NCBI GenBank assembly: GCA_963674705.1
Contig: OY771506.1
Coordinates: forward strand, 4,064,001-4,128,000
Source: Phycisphaeraceae bacterium
Lineage (GTDB): Bacteria; Planctomycetota; Phycisphaerae; Phycisphaerales; Phycisphaeraceae
Reading direction: 5' to 3'
DNA length: 64,000 nucleotides
Positions 58,884 through 64,000 of the stretch are shown here, piece after piece. Every line of letters starts with the position of its first letter. Position 1 is the first letter of the stretch. Below the pieces are notes generated by a model, which was not told the DNA's origin, did not search any database, and worked only from the letters and a program-made list of their open reading frames with translations. The translations under genes and the position numbers were made by a program.

Positions 58884-59633
58884 TTACACGCTGTTGTTCA
58901 CCGCACTATTCAATAGCACCCGAGGCCGTTCGATCGTCATCTGATCGACGACTTGCTGCCCGAACTCATCAACGACCATTTGCAAACCATCCAATCGGCT
59001 GGATAGATCACTCGGGCGATGCATGTCGATCGCCATGATCCAGTACCGGCCTTCCTGCAGGAACTGTCGCACCCGCTGGTCAGGCAGGTAACCATCCTCA
59101 CCGGTCATGCACCGGAAGTTGCCTTGCAGCAGCACACCGCGCGCGGTGACTTCATCCAGATGTTTTTCCAGATCCTTCTGCATCCCGATGCGCTCCGGGT
59201 GCGCGAGGATGGGTTTGTAGCCCTCACTCATCAGCCAGTCGAACGTCTTGTCCGCGTACTTCGGCCAATGGTCTTCCCAGAAGTCAGTCAACACATACTT
59301 CGTGTCCCCCAGTGTCTGCACGCCCACCGCCTTCAGCCAGTCGATGCACTTATCAAACAGCCGAAGCTCACCGCCCGGCCAAAGCCTGTAATCGATCCCC
59401 TCATCAGCCAGGTTCTTTGACAACGTCTGGACCCACAATTTCACATTGGCGGGCGTATTGTCCGGAAACAGCTCCGGCAACATGTGCGGCGTGCAGATCG
59501 TGCCGGCGTACCCGATCTTCTTGAGCATCTGGATACTGGCAATCGACTCGCCGACATCCACGCAGCCATCATCCACGCCCGGGATCATGTGGCTGTGAAT
59601 ATCGATTCGTCCGGTAGGGGGGATGGGGGGCAT
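58884..59633 (-). CDS. PHP-family tyrosine-protein phosphatase (CpsB/YwqE-like)
   Basis: IDIHSHMIPGVDDG, TPH, LAHPER, DMH. Confidence 0.9.
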   Translation of the reverse strand: MPPIPPTGRIDIHSHMIPGVDDGCVDVGESIASIQMLKKIGYAGTICTPHMLPELFPDNTPANVKLWVQTLSKNLADEGIDYRLWPGGELRLFDKCIDWLKAVGVQTLGDTKYVLTDFWEDHWPKYADKTFDWLMSEGYKPILAHPERIGMQKDLEKHLDEVTARGVLLQGNFRCMTGEDGYLPDQRVRQFLQEGRYWIMAIDMHRPSDLSSRLDGLQMVVDEFGQQVVDQMTIERPRVLLNSAVNNSV

Positions 59634-59706
59634 GGTGTACGTCTTTATCGTTGATTCTCGTGTTAATTAATCTCGCAAATTACCGATTAGTTGGGCCATT
59701 CTAGCA

Positions 59707-59839
59707 GAATGACGAAACTCGAATTCACGAATGACGAAAGAATGACAAATGCTCCAATGTCCAATGGCATGAAGCCGATACTCGGTCATTTGGTATTTGA
59801 ACATTGATTCGTCATTCGAATATTCGTCATTCGTGCATT
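59707..59839. repeat. Intergenic element of GAATGAC(GAA) repeats with inverted TTCGTCATTC repeats
   Basis: GAATGACGAA x2 plus GAATGACAAA on the left; TTCGTCATTC x2 plus variants on the right. Confidence 0.7.
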
Positions 59840-61140
59840 TACTCCCCGGGGTACGTCCGGTTGATCCATGAAATCCCGGTAAGCGGCTCTTGTGCAAGGT
59901 GCAATCGCGCCATCTGCAGTGCACACATGGCCGACCGTTCACGCACCTGCGGCCGGCCGCCGGGGAACTTCACCATAATCGCCTGCACGCTCGGTTCATC
60001 CGCATGCACGCGCGAAGCCAATCCCAACCAGACCGTACCCACCGGTTTTTCTTCCGTCCCGCCGCCGGGTCCGGCAACCCCGCTGACGGATAACGCGATA
60101 TCCGCACCGCTCCGCTCTAAAGCTCCATCCGCCATCGCACACACCGTCTGCCCGCTGACCGCGCCGTGCGCTTCAAGCACCTCACCAGGCACACCCAACT
60201 GCGCCTGTTTCATTTCATTCGTATACGTCACCCACCCGCCGATGTAGACATCGCTCGAACCCGCGATATCCGTCAGCATCTTGCCGATCAATCCGCCCGT
60301 ACAGCTTTCTGCTGTCGCTATCTTCAGCTTCCGCTTTCGCATTTCTTCGAGCAGAGCGGACGCCACCGTATCTTCATCACGCCCAAATACGATCGCTCCT
60401 AGTCTCTGCTTCACCTGCTCGATCGTCTCATCCAGCTTTGTTTTCGCCTCGGCCGGATCGGCAAACTCGCTGCGGATACGCACAGAAACAATCCCACTGG
60501 CGACCGTCGTACCAACCGTTGGATTCCGCTTGCGATCCATTAAATCTTCGATGATCTGCCCGACGGAAGACTCGCCCAGCCCGAAGGTGTTGATCTTCGT
60601 CGTCAGGATCGTCCGCCCGGCGCCTGCCTTTTGCTTGATCGCCGGTAAAACGCTCTCCGCATACATCGCCTTCATCTCAAACGGCACGCCCGGCATGACG
60701 AAAACCATCGCCTTGCCCAATGTCGCCCGGATACCCGGGGCCGTCCCCCTGGCGTTCGGGATACCCTTTGCCCCGACAGGCAACAATGCCTGCACGCGGT
60801 TCGCTTCGGTGATCGTCTTGCCTCGACCTGCGAAAAACGCCTCGATCGCTTTCAATCCCTCAGCATCTTCTTCCAGGTCAACCCCCATTGCCTGCGCCAG
60901 CGCCTGCCGCGTCAGATCATCCTTGGTCGGCCCTAATCCGCCGGTCACCAGCATGAGTTCCGCCTCGCCGCCTGCACGCACCATCGCCCGAGCGATCAGG
61001 TCCTGATCGTCTGCTATCGTCTCGTGGTAGCGCGTCCAGATACCCAGTTCCGCCAGCTTGGCCGCCAGGTAGGCGGTGTTTGTATCCACTGTCTGGCCAA
61101 GGGCTAATTCATCACCGATCGAGAGAATGACTGCTTGCAT
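59839..61140 (-). CDS. cinA: CinA family competence/damage-inducible protein (MocF + PncC)
   Basis: IGDEL, DTN, GGLGPTKDDLT, GTAPG, AESCTGG, GAVS, GVAGPGGG. Confidence 0.95.
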   Translation of the reverse strand: MQAVILSIGDELALGQTVDTNTAYLAAKLAELGIWTRYHETIADDQDLIARAMVRAGGEAELMLVTGGLGPTKDDLTRQALAQAMGVDLEEDAEGLKAIEAFFAGRGKTITEANRVQALLPVGAKGIPNARGTAPGIRATLGKAMVFVMPGVPFEMKAMYAESVLPAIKQKAGAGRTILTTKINTFGLGESSVGQIIEDLMDRKRNPTVGTTVASGIVSVRIRSEFADPAEAKTKLDETIEQVKQRLGAIVFGRDEDTVASALLEEMRKRKLKIATAESCTGGLIGKMLTDIAGSSDVYIGGWVTYTNEMKQAQLGVPGEVLEAHGAVSGQTVCAMADGALERSGADIALSVSGVAGPGGGTEEKPVGTVWLGLASRVHADEPSVQAIMVKFPGGRPQVRERSAMCALQMARLHLAQEPLTGISWINRTYPGE

Positions 61141-61205
61141 GGCCTGATTGTAAGGCCCAAAACCCCGCCGTGCCCGATCACGCTGATACCCCTATAATCC
61201 CAACC

Positions 61206-62081
61206 ATGAGCACAACAACCGAACCTGTCGTTATCAAGGGTAAGCCCATCGCCGACGCCATCCTCGCCAATTGCGAGAAACGCGTGAAGCGCATCATCGA
61301 GCAGACCGGCGTCACGCCGTGCCTCGCCACCGTCCTGGTCGGCAACGACCCGGCCAGCGAAAAATACGTCGACCGCAAGGGCAAACTCTGTGAAAAACAC
61401 GGCATGAAGTCCATCAAGGTCCACATGCCCGAAACGTCTACCACCGACCAAGTCGTCGCCAAGGTCAGTGCGCTGGCTAATGACGACTCCGTCCACGGCA
61501 TCCTCGTCCAGCACCCGATGCCCAAACAGGTCGATGAACGGGAAGTCTTCGAGAGTATCGGCGGGGCCAAGGACGTCGACGGCGTCACTTTCCACAGCTT
61601 CGGCACCATGACCTACTCCCTGCCCGGCTTCGGCTCGGCAACCCCCGAAGGCATTATGCGGCTCATGAAAGCCTACGACATCGACATCCAGGGCAAGCAT
61701 GCCGTGGTCATCGGTCGCAGCGTGATCCTCGGCAAACCCATGGCCATGCTGCTGCTCGCAGCCCACGCCACCGTCACCATCTGCCACTCCCGCACCGTTG
61801 ACCTGCCCAGCGTCGTACGCAATGCTGACATCGTCGTCGCCGCAGTCGGCATCGCCAACTTCGTCAAGGCCGACTGGCTCAAGCAGGGCGCGATCGTGAT
61901 CGATGCAGGCTTCAACCCCAGCCCCAGCGGTAATGTCGGTGATGTCGACTATGATGACTGTGCATCTAAATGCTCGATGATCACCCCCGTCCCCGGCGGC
62001 GTCGGCCCGATGACCCTGGCCGTCCTGATCGACCAGACCTCGATCGGCGCAGCACGTCAACTGGGCGTGGAAGTCGACTGA
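61206..62081 (+). CDS. folD: Methylenetetrahydrofolate dehydrogenase/cyclohydrolase
   Basis: YVDRK, GILVQHP, KDVDG, GRSVILGKP, TPVPGGVGPMT. Confidence 0.96.
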   Translation: MSTTTEPVVIKGKPIADAILANCEKRVKRIIEQTGVTPCLATVLVGNDPASEKYVDRKGKLCEKHGMKSIKVHMPETSTTDQVVAKVSALANDDSVHGILVQHPMPKQVDEREVFESIGGAKDVDGVTFHSFGTMTYSLPGFGSATPEGIMRLMKAYDIDIQGKHAVVIGRSVILGKPMAMLLLAAHATVTICHSRTVDLPSVVRNADIVVAAVGIANFVKADWLKQGAIVIDAGFNPSPSGNVGDVDYDDCASKCSMITPVPGGVGPMTLAVLIDQTSIGAARQLGVEVD

Positions 62082-62088
62082 GGTCGAG

Positions 62089-62117
62089 CCTTTAGCCGTT
62101 AGCCTTTAGCCATTAGC
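62089..62117. repeat. Heptamer tandem repeat (CYTTAGC-like x4)
   Basis: CCTTTAGCCGTTAGCCTTTAGCCATTAGC. Confidence 0.6.
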
Positions 62118-62126
62118 AAGGAAGAT

Positions 62127-62768
62127 ATGGCTCAATTTAACGCCCCGAGTTACGAAATCCCCAAGACCAGCGGTATCTGTGCATCCACCGGCCGGGAGTT
62201 AGCGCCCGGTGAATCGTATTTTGCTGCGCTGATCGAGCTGTCTGAAGAACAGATCAATCAACAGAAGGAAGAACTGAGCAAGGCCAGCAAGGATAAGGCG
62301 GCGGAGACGTTGCTGACACTTGGCCTTTGCCGGATCGATATCAGCACCGAGGCCTGGGAAGGGGGGTACCGGCCGGAGGGTCTGTTCGGCTTCTGGAAGT
62401 CCACCGTCCCCGAGGCTACCGAGAAGAAGAAACTATTCGTCGACGATGCCGTCCTGATGAACCTGCTCGAACGCCTCGCCGATGCAACCGAGCCCGAGCG
62501 GCTTGCTTTCCGCTACGTGCTGACGCTGATCCTGATGCGTAAGAAGTTGCTTCGCTACGATGGCAACAAAGTCCGCGAAGCCGAAGTCGATGAAAAGACA
62601 GTCGAGCAAACCTGGTGGAAACTCACCCCCAAGCTTGACCTGTCCAAGGGCCCGCTTGGCAAATGGAACCCAGATAAATCACTTGAAGTGCTCGATCCCA
62701 AACTCGACGAAACCAAGATCGAGCAGGTCATGCAGCAACTCGGAGAAATCCTCCAGGCGGAGTTGTAA
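62127..62768 (+). CDS. Hypothetical protein
   Basis: 213 aa with AAGGAAG RBS; CASTGRELAPGE, FWK, FRYVLTLILMRKK. Confidence 0.75.
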   Translation: MAQFNAPSYEIPKTSGICASTGRELAPGESYFAALIELSEEQINQQKEELSKASKDKAAETLLTLGLCRIDISTEAWEGGYRPEGLFGFWKSTVPEATEKKKLFVDDAVLMNLLERLADATEPERLAFRYVLTLILMRKKLLRYDGNKVREAEVDEKTVEQTWWKLTPKLDLSKGPLGKWNPDKSLEVLDPKLDETKIEQVMQQLGEILQAEL

Positions 62769-62770
62769 CC

Positions 62771-63886
62771 ATGTTCCGGGCTGTTACCCCCGTAGATCCG
62801 GGCAGGCCCGGACAGATGACACCGGTTGCGACCCCATTGTCCGGGCAGGCCTGGACCTACGCGCCTACCCCCCTCTCCCCTCGGGAGAGGGCCGGGGTGA
62901 GGGCCAGCGAGTTTCTCGGCCCGAGCATAAAAACTAAACGCACAATCAAGAACGGCCCTCACCCTAACCCTCTCCCAAGGGGAGCGGGGACCGGAAGGGC
63001 CCTCGCCCTGACATTTGGTCTGTTATTTACTTCAGCACTTCTCCTCCCCGGCTGCAAGCCGGCGCAGCCGATCGTCCCGGACAACCTGCTGCCCGACAAA
63101 ATCGCTAACGAACAGCCTCTGCCCAGCTATCACGACTTAGTCACGCGCTACAACGCAACGACAAAACCACTCGTCCGCGTCTGGGCATCTGCGCGTGTCG
63201 ATCTGCTCTGGCTGGATGAAAATGGTAAGCAGAAGTCCGAGCACGGTGACGGCCGGTTTATGTACCGTGCACCGGACAAGATCGCGCTAGAGATCACCGA
63301 AGCCGGCCGGGGTTTTTGGGCAGGGGGCGATGGCGATCGCTACTGGTTCTTTGATTTGCAGGATGACCGCACGCTTTACGTCGGCCGATTCGACAAACTC
63401 GACGAATTGGATGCGGCCACTTTCCCGTTACCCGTCAGGCCGACGGACCTGCCTTACATTCTGGGGCTGTTGCCGATCGATCCGGATAACGTGCCGGAGG
63501 CGCCTGCCGTGGAAAGCATCGCCGGCCATTACCTGATCGAACCGCCCGGCCTGGGCATCCGCATGCTACTGCATCCCGAGACCGCCCGGCCGGTCCGTGT
63601 CGATCTGATCGGTAGCGTTGGCGAGTCTGCTGTGAAATGTATCCTTACAGAACCGGCTGAACTTGAAAGATCGGTAGAAAACGCCGACGGCCCGGCACCG
63701 ACCATGGCCGGCAAGGTCGAGGTATACGTGCTGGATGAAGAAGTCCGCATGACGCTCAATCTCAAAGGCATGACCACCGACGGCCGGCGTATCAAGGACA
63801 ACCACTTCGATCTGGATATCCTCAAACAGGTCTACAAGCCCGACAAGACCGTCGATCTGGATAATCCGGCCAATCCCGCCCCATAA
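62771..63886 (+). CDS. Probable lipoprotein with REP-derived N-terminal extension
   Basis: ATG 2 nt after upstream stop; lipobox LLPG-C near residue 95; REP pairs in frame before it. Confidence 0.7.
   Translation: MFRAVTPVDPGRPGQMTPVATPLSGQAWTYAPTPLSPRERAGVRASEFLGPSIKTKRTIKNGPHPNPLPRGAGTGRALALTFGLLFTSALLLPGCKPAQPIVPDNLLPDKIANEQPLPSYHDLVTRYNATTKPLVRVWASARVDLLWLDENGKQKSEHGDGRFMYRAPDKIALEITEAGRGFWAGGDGDRYWFFDLQDDRTLYVGRFDKLDELDAATFPLPVRPTDLPYILGLLPIDPDNVPEAPAVESIAGHYLIEPPGLGIRMLLHPETARPVRVDLIGSVGESAVKCILTEPAELERSVENADGPAPTMAGKVEVYVLDEEVRMTLNLKGMTTDGRRIKDNHFDLDILKQVYKPDKTVDLDNPANPAP
62792..62990. repeat. Two consecutive inverted REP-like pairs
   Basis: GTAGATCCGGGCAGGCCCGGACA (62792-62814) / TGTCCGGGCAGGCCTGGACCTAC (62838-62860); CCCTCTCCC..GGGAGAGGG..GGGTGAGGG (62868-62905) / inverted copy (62954-62990). 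Confidence 0.78.
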
Positions 63887-63940
63887 ACCGTCCGTCCCGC
63901 TATAATGCCCGGCTCGAAATAGTGAGATTGGAGCAAACAG

Positions 63941-64000
63941 ATGGGCGATACCGCACGCGAAACAACCGACAAACTGGACATCAAATTCGACGATAAGGGG
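63941..64000 (+). CDS. 5' fragment, possibly phosphoribosyl-AMP cyclohydrolase (HisI)
   Basis: GGAG RBS then MGDTARETTDKLDIKFDDKG, resembling the HisI N-terminal KFDxxGL; only 20 codons visible. Confidence 0.4.
   Translation, partial: MGDTARETTDKLDIKFDDKG

Overview
This is a 64 kb window from a GC-rich bacterium, most likely a Planctomycetota (Phycisphaerae-like) genome. That assignment is inferred from LEPR-XLL leaders, DUF1580, dockerin-like/PEP-CTERM proteins and CxxCGY..CPECG membrane proteins. Most of the window is housekeeping: glmS, pntAa/Ab/B, gatCA, queF, tag, sucD, uvrA, atpC, PBP2-rodA, ABC-F, cinA and folD. It also holds an SRP RNA with an atypical apical loop and a surface-glycosylation-like locus beside two RTX-repeat proteins. 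The main accessory feature is a ~12.1 kb AT-richer element integrated at tRNA-Arg(TCT), bounded by an exact 45-bp direct repeat (39211-39255 / 51343-51387). It carries a tyrosine integrase, an excisionase-like gene, DUF1580, a replication-initiator-like gene with internal iterons, and candidate defence cargo (HEPN-like DUF3644, an HhH-glycosylase-like gene facing a C-protein-like regulator, and a TM gene pair). No capsid, tail or conjugation genes are recognisable, so it looks like a phage satellite. Tandem 12-mer arm-type motifs sit at both ends, with a third inverted copy inside. Beyond attR lie an array of zinc-ribbon membrane genes, a nested REP element and PEP-CTERM genes, one with a GPS/GAIN-like HL|T autoproteolysis motif next to its anchor. 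No CRISPR array or rRNA was seen. All product calls come from motif recognition by eye; no database searches were run.
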